Positions 43,983 through 55,680 of a stretch of 64,000 nt of DNA are shown here, one piece after another. The DNA is from an uncultured Dehalococcoidia bacterium. Its GTDB lineage: Bacteria; Chloroflexota; Dehalococcoidia; Lucifugimonadales; UBA3495. The stretch covers positions 31,416 through 95,415 of the forward strand of contig OY282494.1 of assembly GCA_958296385.1 (NCBI GenBank), read 5' to 3'. The first letter of the stretch is position 1. Each line of letters opens with the position of its first letter. A model generated the notes under the pieces. That model was not told the DNA's origin and made no database searches. It saw only the letters and a program-made list of their open reading frames with translations. Both the position numbers and the translations under genes were made by a program.

Positions 43983-45137
43983 ATGACCACCATCCCATCC
44001 ATACTGGAGCAGGCGCCGGTTGTGGCGGCCGAGTGGGCCGAGGGCCGGGCCGACCGCCAGCAGCGCACCAAGGCCGACCCCGCCGACTTCGCCCGCCTGG
44101 CCCGGATTGGCGTACCCCTCATGGCCATCCCCAAAGACTTGGGCGGCACCTGGGAAAGCATTGAGCAGTCGGCCCGCCCCATCTGCTCCATGCTGCGTAT
44201 CCTGGCCACGGGCGACCCCTCCATCACGCTGGCCAGCGCGATGCACCATCTGGTGCTGGCGTCTTGGCGGCTGCCGTCGGTGCCGGAACCCTTTGCCGCC
44301 GGCTGGATTAAGCAGCGCAATCAGGTGTTTGACAGCGTGCATAGCGGCTGCTGGTGGGGCACCATCGTCAGCGAACCCGGCTCCGGCGGCGATACCGCCC
44401 GCACCTCCAGCGTCTGCCAGCCCGACGGCGTTAGCGAGTTCGGCTATCGCATCTCCGGCCTGAAGCACTTTGGCAGCGGCTCCGGCCTCACTTCCTTTAT
44501 GACCACCCGCGCCCTGGCCGCTGGCGAAGCCACGCCCGACCTGTTCTTTATGGAAGTGCGCAACCACCCCTGGGACGGCTCCACCGGCCTGAAACTTACC
44601 GCCGAATGGCGCGGACACGGGATGAAGTCCACCAACAGCCACGCCTTTGAGTTCGCCGATTTCCCCGCAACGCGGGTCGCCTGGCCCAATCATCAGGCCG
44701 AGTTGATGGGCGCCAACGGCGGCCTCGGCGCGGCGGCGTTCCTGTCGGTGATTGTCGGCGTGGTGGACGCCGCAATGGACTACGTGCGCCCCCGCATCAA
44801 AAACGGCCTGGCCTCGGATGCCGGCCTGCGCGCCTTTCAGCAGGTGGAATGGGCCCACGCCGAACAGGAAGCCTGGCTCATCGGGCAAGCGTGGGAGGGC
44901 GCGCTCCGCTGCCTGGAGACCAACACCGGACGCCGCGAGCTGCTGCTGGCCAAAGAGAGCGTGGCCCGCCTGTCCGAGGACTGCTTGGGCCGGCTGTGCA
45001 AGCTGAGCGGCGGCAGCGCCTACACCCGCTACTCGCCCCTGTCGGTCTGGTACGACGACGTGCGCGCGCTGGGCTACCTGCGCCCACCGTGGGCGCTGGC
45101 CTGGGATCAAGTATTCCAGCAAAGCCTGTCCGATTAA
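43983..45137 (+). CDS. Acyl-CoA dehydrogenase family protein
   Basis: ACAD-like three-domain layout: ...PLMAIPKDLGGTWES...GTIVSEPGSGGD...KHFGSGSG.... Confidence 0.7.
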   Translation: MTTIPSILEQAPVVAAEWAEGRADRQQRTKADPADFARLARIGVPLMAIPKDLGGTWESIEQSARPICSMLRILATGDPSITLASAMHHLVLASWRLPSVPEPFAAGWIKQRNQVFDSVHSGCWWGTIVSEPGSGGDTARTSSVCQPDGVSEFGYRISGLKHFGSGSGLTSFMTTRALAAGEATPDLFFMEVRNHPWDGSTGLKLTAEWRGHGMKSTNSHAFEFADFPATRVAWPNHQAELMGANGGLGAAAFLSVIVGVVDAAMDYVRPRIKNGLASDAGLRAFQQVEWAHAEQEAWLIGQAWEGALRCLETNTGRRELLLAKESVARLSEDCLGRLCKLSGGSAYTRYSPLSVWYDDVRALGYLRPPWALAWDQVFQQSLSD

Positions 45138-45178
45138 CCCCGCCGGGCCGCCCAACTAGCATCCTGAGATTGCCAAGT

Positions 45179-46183
45179 ATGAACGCAGGCCACTGGCGGC
45201 AGCGCGCGCTAATGCGGGTTCCGGGGTTGGAGGGGCTAGTCGGCAAGGCGCGCCGCAGATTCCGGCGCATCGGCCGGCGGGTGTCCGCCGTGCCGGTGGT
45301 TCGCCTGGCCATCCGCACCGTGCGGGAGACGGGCGCCGACGATGCCACCCACATGGCCGCCGGCGTCTCCTTTTACGCCATCCTGTCGCTGTTTCCCATG
45401 ACCCTGGGGCTGGCGTCCGTCATGGGTCTGGTGCTGCCGCCGGGGAATACCGAGAACCAAATCGTGGGATTTTTCCGGGATTATCTGCCCGGCGTGGGCG
45501 ACGTGCTGGCGGCTAACGTGCAGGCCGGCCGCACGGTGCAGGGTTTCACCGGCGTAGTCAGCCTGCTGGGGCTGCTGTGGACGGCCAGCGCCGTATTTGG
45601 CGCCGTCGCCCGCTCGGTGAACCGGGCCTGGGACATTCACCGCGACCGCCCCTTTTGGCTGGCGAAGTTGCGGCAGATTGGCATGGCTCTCAGCGTCGGG
45701 GTGATGTTTTTGCTGTCGATAGGGGCAACCACCGCTTTGGAAGTGGTGGGCCGCATCGATTTATCAGACGCCGGGTCGTTGTCGATATTGCAAAGCCAGG
45801 GTATGGCCATCGTTGCCCGGTCGTTGCCCTTTGGTTTTACTTTCACGATTTTCCTGCTCATCTACAAGTTCGTCCCGAACACCACCACCCGCTGGCGCTA
45901 CATCTGGCCCGGCGTAATCCTGGCGGCGGCGTCATTTGAGATTAGCAAAACCCTGTTCGTGTTCTACATGAACAATTTTGCCGACTACGCCCGCGTGTAC
46001 GGTTCGCTAGGCTCCGTAGTCGCGCTGATGGTCTGGATTTACCTCTCCACCCTGATACTGATTGTGGGCGCGGAGTTTGCCTCGGAATACGAGCGGGTGC
46101 GGACGGGCGTAGCCCGGGGACAGCTAATCAGACGTGAGCCTTGGCAACGGGACGCAAACGCCAGCGCGGAAGGCCAGGAATAG
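45179..46183 (+). CDS. YihY/BrkB family membrane protein
   Basis: ...AAGVSFYAILSLFPM...YGSLGSVVALMVWIYLSTLILIVGAEF.... Confidence 0.8.
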   Translation: MNAGHWRQRALMRVPGLEGLVGKARRRFRRIGRRVSAVPVVRLAIRTVRETGADDATHMAAGVSFYAILSLFPMTLGLASVMGLVLPPGNTENQIVGFFRDYLPGVGDVLAANVQAGRTVQGFTGVVSLLGLLWTASAVFGAVARSVNRAWDIHRDRPFWLAKLRQIGMALSVGVMFLLSIGATTALEVVGRIDLSDAGSLSILQSQGMAIVARSLPFGFTFTIFLLIYKFVPNTTTRWRYIWPGVILAAASFEISKTLFVFYMNNFADYARVYGSLGSVVALMVWIYLSTLILIVGAEFASEYERVRTGVARGQLIRREPWQRDANASAEGQE

Positions 46184-46233
46184 CCGGCCATGACGTAGCA
46201 GCCCCTTTGCCCTCAAGGATCCGCCGAGGGGGT

Positions 46234-46256
46234 CTGGGGGAAATGATTTCCCCCAG
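46234..46256. promoter_or_regulatory. Perfect palindrome CTGGGGGAAAT-G-ATTTCCCCCAG at the 5' edge of element copy 3
   Basis: 11-bp arms are identical to those at 31332..31354. It is nested in an outer GGGGG/CCCCC pair (46228-46232 / 46263-46267). Confidence 0.4.
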
Positions 46257-46331
46257 CGGAAGCCCCCTTACGAATACGCCCCCCCGTCAAAATCCCCCGC
46301 CAAATCCAAAAAATCAATGACACCCCTCTAC

Positions 46332-46360
46332 TTGCAACCGTACATCGGTTCGTGTATGAT
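46332..46360 (+). promoter_or_regulatory. Sigma70-like promoter of element copy 3 (TTGCAA-17-TATGAT)
   Basis: Best match to consensus among the three copies. A conserved A-rich block (CCAAATCCAAAAAATCA) lies upstream. Confidence 0.55.
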
Positions 46361-46366
46361 ACATCC

Positions 46367-46794
46367 ATCGGGCAAATCAATCAACCCCGCTACCAGCCGT
46401 TTCTCATATAGAGGGCGCACCTGGGAAATCGGGGACACCGCATCACCATCGTCGGAGATTCAAGTCAAAACGGCCAGTCAGCAAAAATCGCAATCGGCAA
46501 GGGTAGTCCCGACCCCGCTTTCACGGCGCGGGCTGCCTCCGCTGGGTATCGAGCTTCAGCCCGCGTGCAGCCCTTAAAAAGGTAGGACACGTAAAATGAA
46601 GGTCCAAAATAGTTGCGTACCAACCTCCGGCCGTAGGGCTGACAACGACTTGAATCTCCGGCAATCACCAAACCAACCAAACCAAAATCGCCCGATACGA
46701 CGCCCGCCCGATACCAGCCAAGCACAAAATCCACTCCCAAAGGATGACCGATGCTGATATGAAATGACCAAATCACCTAAAACGGAACGCCGCC
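46367..46794 (+). ncRNA. Candidate large structured non-coding RNA, copy 3 of 3
   Basis: 16-bp long-range helix 46451-46466 / 46647-46662 and inner helix GTCAGC/GCTGAC. It has conserved hairpins, a C/A-rich G-poor 3' tail and no conserved ORF. Confidence 0.6.
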
Positions 46795-46846
46795 AGCCGC
46801 CGGCGGCGCATCAAGGATGCTATGATGTTCCGTGGGGTGATTTAAC

Positions 46847-48691
<1,845 letters not shown>

Positions 48692-48741
48692 CCCGGCGTC
48701 CGGGCCATCACCTTGCGGATATTCAACGGAGAGTAGCAGTA

Positions 48742-49617
48742 ATGCCTGATTTTAGTACGGGCGTAGTCCACGCCAACGGCATCAACTTTCACTACCTGGA
48801 AATGGGGCAAGGCCCGCTGGCGCTGTGCTTGCACGGCTTCCCCGACCACGCCTGGTCATTCCGGCACCTGCTGCCCGACCTGGCGGCGGCCGGATTCCGG
48901 GCCGTAGCCCCCTTCATGCGCGGCTACGCCCCCACCGACCCGCCGTCCGACGGCCTCTACCAGCCGGTATCCCTCTGCAAGGACGCATTGGCCCTGATTG
49001 ATGCGCTGGGCGCCGAACGGGCCTGTCTGATTGGCAACGACTGGGGCGCCGGCGCCGTCACCGGAGCCGCCATTCTGGCCCCGGAGCAGGTCATCAAGAT
49101 GGTAATTATCGCCGCCGGTCAAGTCGACAGCGACTTGCAGATGGACTATATGTACCTCCGCGGAACGTGGCACTCCTACTTTTTCCAGATGCCCCACGCC
49201 GAGGCAGCAGTAGCGCACAACGACTTTGCCTTTGTGGAAGCCTGGTGGAGAGACGCCGCCCCGGAGTGGGACATCCCGCAATACGCCCTGGACAGCATCC
49301 GGGAAACATTCCGCAAGCCGGGAGTAGTAGAGGCCGCGCTGAGCTACTACCGGGCCCGCTACAACCCGGCGCTGCAAGACGCATCGCTAAGTGCAGACCA
49401 GGCGCAGGTTAACGCCGGCCCGGTAACCGTGCCCACGCTGGCCCTGCACGGCACCCGGGACCGCCCCAAGCGGCTGGAATCTTTCGAGAGCGCGGCCATG
49501 GACGCCTTTTTCACCGGCGGCCTGGAGAAAGTAATCATCCCCGGCGCCGGCCACTTTATGCACCAGGAGAAACCGGCCGAGGTGAACCCGCTGATAGTAG
49601 AGTTCCTGACGCGCTAA
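48742..49617 (+). CDS. Alpha/beta hydrolase (epoxide-hydrolase/haloalkane-dehalogenase-like)
   Basis: ...[24 protein letters not shown]...LIGNDWGA.... Confidence 0.8.
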   Translation: MPDFSTGVVHANGINFHYLEMGQGPLALCLHGFPDHAWSFRHLLPDLAAAGFRAVAPFMRGYAPTDPPSDGLYQPVSLCKDALALIDALGAERACLIGNDWGAGAVTGAAILAPEQVIKMVIIAAGQVDSDLQMDYMYLRGTWHSYFFQMPHAEAAVAHNDFAFVEAWWRDAAPEWDIPQYALDSIRETFRKPGVVEAALSYYRARYNPALQDASLSADQAQVNAGPVTVPTLALHGTRDRPKRLESFESAAMDAFFTGGLEKVIIPGAGHFMHQEKPAEVNPLIVEFLTR

Positions 49618-51113
49618 ATCCCCTGCCGGCGCAATTTCTCAGCCTCCAGCCCGCTTTGCACCAGACTTAAGGCCAGTTCCGGTTGGGCCTGCCCTTTGGT
49701 AAGGCGCATCACCTGTCCCATCAGAAAGCGGGCGGCCGATTCTTTGCCATCAATATAATCGGCAACCGCTTTGGGGTTGTCGGCAATAGCCTGCACGACG
49801 GCAGACTCAATGGCGCCGGTGTCGTTAATCTGCGCCAGCCCTTTCGCCTGCATAATGTCCGCCGGATTCCCCCCGCTGGCGTACATCTCCTCCAGCACGG
49901 TTTTCGCCAGCGACGTAGAAAGGTCGCCGCCGGCAATGAGGCCAAGCAATTCGGACAGCCGGCGCGGGGGCAGGGGCGATTCGGCGATGCTGTGGCCGCT
50001 CTGGTTCAGCAGACGGGACAAGTCGCCCAGAATCCAGTTGGCAACTTCTTTCGCGGCGGCCGGCCGTTCCGCATCGGCAGCGTTCCGCAATCCCAACGCC
50101 GTCTCAAAGTAGTCGGCCATGTCACGGGATACCACCAGCAGGCCGGCGTCGTAATCGGAGAGGGCCAAGTCGGCCTGAAAGCGGGCTTTGCGTTGGGGCG
50201 CCAGTTCCGGCAGTTGGGCTTGCAGCTGCGCCACTGCATCCGCGCCGATGCGCAGCGGCGGCAAGTCCGGTTCGGGAAAGTACCGATAGTCGTGGGCGTA
50301 TTCCTTGCTGCGCTGCGAAACCGTAATCTCCCGTTCCTCCACCCAGCCCCGCGTTTCCTGCTCCACCGCGCCGCCATCCTCAATAACCCGCCGCTGCCGT
50401 TCCACCTCATACTGCAACGCCTGATACACCGCGCGAAAGCTGTTCATATTTTTTACTTCGGTGCGCGTGCCAAAAGTATCGCTGCCCGATGGCCGGATGC
50501 TCACGTTGGCATCGCAGCGAAAGTTGCCATCCTGCATATTGCCGGTGGACACCCCCAGATACTGCACCAGCGAATGCAGCGCGGTAAGATACTGGCGCGC
50601 TTCCTCAGGAGAACGCAAGTCCGGCTTGCTGACAACCTCCATCAGCGGCACGCCGGAGCGATTGACGTCCACCAGAGAATACCCGTCGCCATCGTCGGGA
50701 AAATGCTGCAACTTGGCAACGTCCTCCTCCAGATGCACCCGCTCCACGCCGATGCGCAGCGGCCCCGTCCGCCCGTCGCCATCGCCGTCAATCTGCACAA
50801 ACCCGTCCAGCGCCAGCGGCAGGTCGTATTGAGAAATCTGGTAGCCCTTCATCAGGTCAGGATACGGATAATTCTTGCGGTCAAACTTGGTAAAGTCGGG
50901 GATGCGGCAATGCAAAGCCAGCCCGGTCAGCACCGTGTACTCCACGGCGCGGCGGTTGATTACCGGAAGCGCCCCCGGCAGCCCCAGGCAAACCGGACAG
51001 GTGCGCGTATTCGGCGCAGCGGCCTGATAATCGGCCGGACACCCGCAAAACATCTTGCTGCGGGTATTCAACTGCACGTGAACCTCCAGGCCGATGACGG
51101 TTTCGTACTGCAT
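49614..51113 (-). CDS. gatB: Asp/Glu-tRNA(Asn/Gln) amidotransferase subunit B
   Basis: [25 protein letters not shown].... Confidence 0.95.
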   Translation of the reverse strand: MQYETVIGLEVHVQLNTRSKMFCGCPADYQAAAPNTRTCPVCLGLPGALPVINRRAVEYTVLTGLALHCRIPDFTKFDRKNYPYPDLMKGYQISQYDLPLALDGFVQIDGDGDGRTGPLRIGVERVHLEEDVAKLQHFPDDGDGYSLVDVNRSGVPLMEVVSKPDLRSPEEARQYLTALHSLVQYLGVSTGNMQDGNFRCDANVSIRPSGSDTFGTRTEVKNMNSFRAVYQALQYEVERQRRVIEDGGAVEQETRGWVEEREITVSQRSKEYAHDYRYFPEPDLPPLRIGADAVAQLQAQLPELAPQRKARFQADLALSDYDAGLLVVSRDMADYFETALGLRNAADAERPAAAKEVANWILGDLSRLLNQSGHSIAESPLPPRRLSELLGLIAGGDLSTSLAKTVLEEMYASGGNPADIMQAKGLAQINDTGAIESAVVQAIADNPKAVADYIDGKESAARFLMGQVMRLTKGQAQPELALSLVQSGLEAEKLRRQGI

Positions 51114-51165
51114 AAGCGCTCCGGGAGTTGGTCCGGGAATGAGTCCGGGAATGGTTCAGAGATGG

Positions 51166-51915
51166 CTAGACTTGGCCGTTCTGCTGCGCCTCCAAACGCC
51201 GCAACCGTTCGCGGAGTTCGGCGGCCTCGGCTTCGGCGGCAGCGCGGGCGGCTTCGGCTTGATGGAGCGCGTCCCAAACTTCCTCGTGGCCGGGCAAAAA
51301 CTCCCCGGTGTCCGGGATGCGAAAGCGCAGGATGCAGTCGTCCCAGCACAAATCCAGCCCCAGCGTCGGGCTGTGGCCCCAAACCAGCCCGTCGGCATCC
51401 TCCGCAATCGGAAACGGCTCGTAACGCCCGTTGGCCAGATACCCGCCGGACAGCTTGTCGCCGTAATGCTCGCTGTCCGGGGTAGGGTCGTAAAGCCAGT
51501 ATTCGCCGAAACCGATGCTGGCGTACAGCGCCGGCTTTTGGCGGACGTCATAGCGGCCGGTGCTTTCGGAGCCAATCTCCAGCGCAAAATCCGGCGGCTT
51601 GCCCAATTCCCACACCCGGTAGGTGTTGCGATAAAAAATATGCCCCACGTCCACGCCGAACACCACGTAGCAGTCCGGCGATACAAACCGCTGCGGGCTG
51701 CCCTGCTCGTAATAGACAAACGTGTTGCCAGCGACGTGCACGCCGGGCCAGTCCCGAAAGTAATGGTCCAGAGGCGTAAGCACGGCGCGGAAAGTACGGC
51801 CCTGCGTTTCGGCGTCGGGCATAGGGATACCATCCTCCTCAGGGTAAAAAACGCCGTTCTCATCGTAAAGATGCGCGAGCCTCGGCTCAATGGCCGGCAG
51901 CTGTTTAGTAGTCAT
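51166..51915 (-). CDS. Uma2/DUF820 family endonuclease
   Basis: ...SPDCYVVFG...PDFALEIGSESTGRYDVRQKPALYASIGFGEYWLYDP... followed by an ERLRRLEAQ tail. ATG 51915 has GAGG 6 nt upstream. Confidence 0.8.
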   Translation of the reverse strand: MTTKQLPAIEPRLAHLYDENGVFYPEEDGIPMPDAETQGRTFRAVLTPLDHYFRDWPGVHVAGNTFVYYEQGSPQRFVSPDCYVVFGVDVGHIFYRNTYRVWELGKPPDFALEIGSESTGRYDVRQKPALYASIGFGEYWLYDPTPDSEHYGDKLSGGYLANGRYEPFPIAEDADGLVWGHSPTLGLDLCWDDCILRFRIPDTGEFLPGHEEVWDALHQAEAARAAAEAEAAELRERLRRLEAQQNGQV

Positions 51916-51962
51916 AGCAAACCTCGGCAAACCTCTCGGTGTACCCGTAGCGGCACACCCCG

Positions 51963-52012
51963 AATATCAGCAACAGTATAACAAAGTGCCGCCGTCTGGC
52001 GTCGGCGCGCGC
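51963..52012. repeat. ~50-bp imperfect direct repeat flanking the disrupted GT-C paralog (left copy)
   Basis: AATATCAGCAACAGTATAACAAAGTGCCGCCGTCTGGCGTCGGCGCGCGC compared with 54408..54458: about 8 mismatches and 1 gap by eye. Confidence 0.7.
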
Positions 52013-52057
52013 AGCACGTATCCACCGGACTCGGTGCAAAAGACGGGAGCAGATGGC

Positions 52058-54401
52058 CTACTTTACAACGATGATTTCCCCTTCCCAGACGTGCTTGAAA
52101 TCGCCGTCCACCCACTCATACTGGCCGGTGCGGATTGCGGCGATGTCGTAATCCGGTAGCTCCCGGATGGTTATGCAGGTTCCCCCCAATTGGTGGCCGT
52201 ACTCGGTAAAACCGAAGTCCAGGTTATCAAACCCGGCGGACCGGCGATGACCCGGCAGGTCGCCCTGGCGAACCGGGTCCAAATGCAAAAAGAAGTGATG
52301 GGCAACGTCGGCGTCGCTGCACTGTTCCTTTACATAAATGAGCCGGTCGCTGTTGACATAAACATCGTAATCGGAGCGGATTGCCGGCGGGCTGTTGCCG
52401 ATTAGCTCCGCCAGGTAATCGCCGACCGACATCGTAGCAACCCGCACCGGCGGCGTTGCGCCGTGCGGCAGCAATGCGGAGGCCACGCACAATCCGTTGT
52501 CGTTTTCGTTCAAGGGAATGAACCTGGAATCGTTTGCTCCGTCCGGGGTTGACCAGAAAACTACCGTTACATCATCTGCATCGCAGTCCTTAGCGAATAT
52601 CTGCGTCATCCGGCCGTCAAGAGTTAGTCCTATGCCATTGCGTTGATAGTCAAAGTGCGGTTCAATTCTTTTCCAGAACCAGGCAGCGCTGTCAAAACCC
52701 CTTAAATCATGTGATGCCCAGAGTTGGTATCCTACCTTAGATCCATTACCATGGTACACAGCTCCCTCAAGCAGCGTCATATGCAATTTTCTAGTGATTG
52801 CATAATTGATGAAATGGTTTATACCGAATTTCTTAAAAAACGGTTCAGTGTCGCCAAACTGTTGCTCTAAAACCCAGAAGCGCTTGCCACCGGCGGCGAC
52901 ATAGGCGTTTAGATAGTCGTAATCGTTCACCAGTCCGTCCAGATTCACTACCGGGAAGCGCGAAAAATACCCGACAACGCCGGCATCCCACGCCCCCACT
53001 ATGCTTTCATCGGGAAGCACCCGATTCACAGTCTGGATGGTAAGGTAGTTAGTGGGCGCCCAGCCAACCCGCGTGTCCTTGGAACTGGCATCAACTCTTT
53101 GGAAAGGATAGGCGAAATCACCATTGAACCAGAGGAGAACTACTGCGATTACAACGGCGGCCACGCTTAAAGTGTTCGCTGTGCGAGTTGACCAGGGCGC
53201 AACGAAGCGGCGAATGAAGTGCACGACAATACAGCATCCGATGGGGAGAGCCAGCGCCATCAGCAAGTAGGCCGGAACAAAGTACCATAGCCATAATGGT
53301 TCATCAGGATGCACGGTGAGCACGGTTTGCGCGAACTTGGCGATATGGCCGGCGGCCAGTCCGAACACCCCCACCAGAAAAACCAGCAGCAGCCAATCCC
53401 GTTCATCCCGAGAGCGGCGAGCGAACCACCAGACCAGCAGAAGGATGACGCAGCCCCCTAACGCTACTAGCAACTCAAGGTCAAAGACCGGAATCTGTAA
53501 TGTGTCCTGTAAGTTCTGCACGAAATTGTACCCGCCGTCCCGCTCCCAATAGAACCGCTGCCATGCCTGCTTGGTCGCGCCGCTCACTGGCACGATGCCG
53601 CCAAACACCAGCTTGTTATAGGCGAAGTAAATAAGTATCCCAGCAGTTGCGCTCGCTATTAAAACTAACGCCCGGAGCGGGGCGGTAGAAAGTATTGCCG
53701 CTCTCAAAGACACCCCGGCCGGCCGCTCCCGCCACGACCATTCAATGACGCACAACGCCACCGTCGCCGCCAGCGATATGGCGATGTACTCCAGCCGCAC
53801 CCAAGGCAGCGCAAAGGCAACGGCGGCCAGCGGCCAAGTCCACCGGGCCGGATTGCGCGCATATAGCATCAGGGCCAGCATAAACAGCCCCAGCATAAAC
53901 AGCGCGGCGGCGGCCTCCAGCCCGCTAGGCGCCTTGCCCGTAAAGCAGCGGCAACGCCGCAAAAAGCAAAACCCACGGCAGCCGCGCCAGCCGGGCCGCT
54001 GTCGCAATACAGGCAACGGCTCCGGCAACGAGCATAATCTCAAAAGCCTTGATGCCGAACAGCGCCGTTTCCTTGTCAAACACCCAATAAAACGGCGTGA
54101 TTGCAAACATCCAGATGGGATGGTAGCCGTTGGTGCGGGTGATACCGCCGTCAAAGGTGGAAAACTTCCCCTCCGCCAAGTGGTAGGCTATCTGAAAATA
54201 GTAGAAGGAATCATCGTTGCTAGCGTCGCGGATGATATTGATGAGGTCAAAGTTGGCCAGCATATAGCCGGCAAACCCGGCGCCGTAGGCCAGGATGCCG
54301 GCGATGAACAGGACGAACAGGGCGTGGCGCAGTTTATCGGAATGCAGGTTCAGCATAGGGCTAACGCGGTCTTTATAGAGGATGGGAATACCGGGCGGCA
54401 T
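52058..54401 (-). pseudogene. GT-C-type membrane glycosyltransferase-like paralog 4, frame broken near 53925-53945
   Basis: ORF 53925..54401 encodes the N-terminal 158 aa and closely matches paralog 3 by eye. ORF 52058..54154 carries the remainder in another frame. Relative to paralog 3, the junction has a net 5-nt length difference. Confidence 0.7.
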
Positions 54402-54407
54402 ACCCCT

Positions 54408-54458
54408 AATATCGGCAAACAGTATAACAAGGCGCAGTCGTTTGGCGGCGGAGCGCGC
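54408..54458. repeat. ~50-bp imperfect direct repeat flanking the disrupted GT-C paralog (right copy)
   Basis: AATATCGGCAAACAGTATAACAAGGCGCAGTCGTTTGGCGGCGGAGCGCGCG. Confidence 0.7.
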
Positions 54459-54570
54459 GACGGGTATGCTAGGCTGGTATCCCCATGAATCATTGCGCTA
54501 TACTGCGCCCGTTCCCAACCCAAAGCATCCGGCCCCGCTACTCCGGCCCCACTACAACGGAGGTCAGGCA

Positions 54571-55128
54571 ATGACCACAGCCAAAAAACTGCTCACCGCC
54601 GCTGACCTGCTGGCAATGCCCGACGACGGCAAGCGGTACGAACTCGTACAGGGGGAACTCATCGAAATGCCGCCGCCAAGCATCATGCACGGCATAGTAA
54701 CCGGGCGCCTTGGGTATCGCATCACGCACTTTATTGAGGAACGCAATCTGCCCTTTATTTACGGGCCTGAAGCCGGGATTTACATTGAGCAGGCCCCGGA
54801 CACCATTCGCGCCGCCGACTACGCCCTAATCGCCCGCACGCGCATCACCGAACCCCTGCCGGAACGGGGCTACGCCGCCGGGGTTATTCCCGATTTGGTA
54901 GTGGAGGTAGTTTCGCCCGATTACCCGATGACGGCAGTGGATTCCAAAATCCAAACGTGGCTGGCCGCCGGCGTGCGAATAGTCCTGGCAATCTACATAA
55001 CCAGCCGGGAAGTAGTGGCGCACCACCACGATGGAACGGTGCAACGATTCGGCCCCGGCGATACGCTAACCTGCGAGCCGGTATTGCCCGGCTTCGCTTG
55101 CCGGGTGGACGATATTTTCGCATATTGA
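54571..55128 (+). CDS. Uma2/DUF820 family endonuclease
   Basis: ...YELVQGELIEMPPPSIMHG...PDLVVEVVSPDY...DSKIQTWLAAGVRIV. RBS GGAGG lies before ATG 54571. Confidence 0.85.
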   Translation: MTTAKKLLTAADLLAMPDDGKRYELVQGELIEMPPPSIMHGIVTGRLGYRITHFIEERNLPFIYGPEAGIYIEQAPDTIRAADYALIARTRITEPLPERGYAAGVIPDLVVEVVSPDYPMTAVDSKIQTWLAAGVRIVLAIYITSREVVAHHHDGTVQRFGPGDTLTCEPVLPGFACRVDDIFAY

Positions 55129-55301
55129 CGTGGTTGGGATAGTACGCTGGACTTGACCGTAGCCGCCACCGGTAGCATAGGGGTGACGACCCGCCTTGCT
55201 TGGGCGCCGATTGCGCTGCCTCACACAATTGCCGCCATAATTGGATTGTGGTAATCTAGCCTTGTTAGGCATTGCCTGAATACCATTAAGGAGTACATAT
55301 A

Positions 55302-55559
55302 GTGCGAATTCTCAGGGAACAGGGTGAGCCGTTGACGCCATATCAGCGAGTCAAGCGTTGGGCGTTTTTGATTATGACGGCTATCGGAGCTATATTAGCG
55401 ATAAGTACGTTAGCGTCGTTATTTATGGGTAGCTTGGAGGTCACGCTATTTCTGGCCGGTATCAGTTTGGGCTTTATTCTGGTCGGTATTCAGCAGGAAA
55501 TCGACGTTCTTGCATCTGGCGCAGCTAACAGGCAAAGGAGGGAGCAAGATGGTGAGTAA
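55302..55559 (+). CDS. Small membrane protein (85 aa, two TM segments)
   Basis: GTG start with AAGGAG 8 nt upstream. Lies in a lower-GC islet. Confidence 0.45.
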   Translation: MRILREQGEPLTPYQRVKRWAFLIMTAIGAILAISTLASLFMGSLEVTLFLAGISLGFILVGIQQEIDVLASGAANRQRREQDGE

Positions 55560-55680
55560 AATAATGACCACTATCTCTGGCGGGAATATCCGAGAATACC
55601 GCTGGGCCATAGCTGCGATTGCCTTTATTCTGCTCTGGGCGATTGCCTTTGTGACGATCGCGTTGGTAAGGACGCCCTGA
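55549..55680 (+). CDS. Small membrane protein (43 aa, one TM segment), overlaps end of previous ORF
   Basis: ATG 55549 is preceded by AAAGGAGGGAG. The product is MVSKIMTTISGGNIREYRWAIAAIAFILLWAIAFVTIALVRTP. It is below the size cutoff of the ORF track. Confidence 0.4.
   Translation: MVSKIMTTISGGNIREYRWAIAAIAFILLWAIAFVTIALVRTP

Noticed and set aside
46596-46757. Small ORF MKVQNSCVPTSGRR... inside the structured element, present in all three copies
   Set aside because: There is no Shine-Dalgarno sequence. Indels make the product 53, 34 and 13 aa in the three copies, so the conservation is at the nucleotide/structure level rather than the protein level.
46226-46794. Possibility that the three-copy element is a group II intron, retron, IS/MITE or TnpB/IscB-type guide RNA
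   Set aside because: No reverse transcriptase, transposase or nuclease ORF lies within or next to any copy. There are no terminal inverted repeats or target duplications, and no GUGYG 5' end or domain-V-like hairpin. This rejection rests on inspection only, so a database search is still required.
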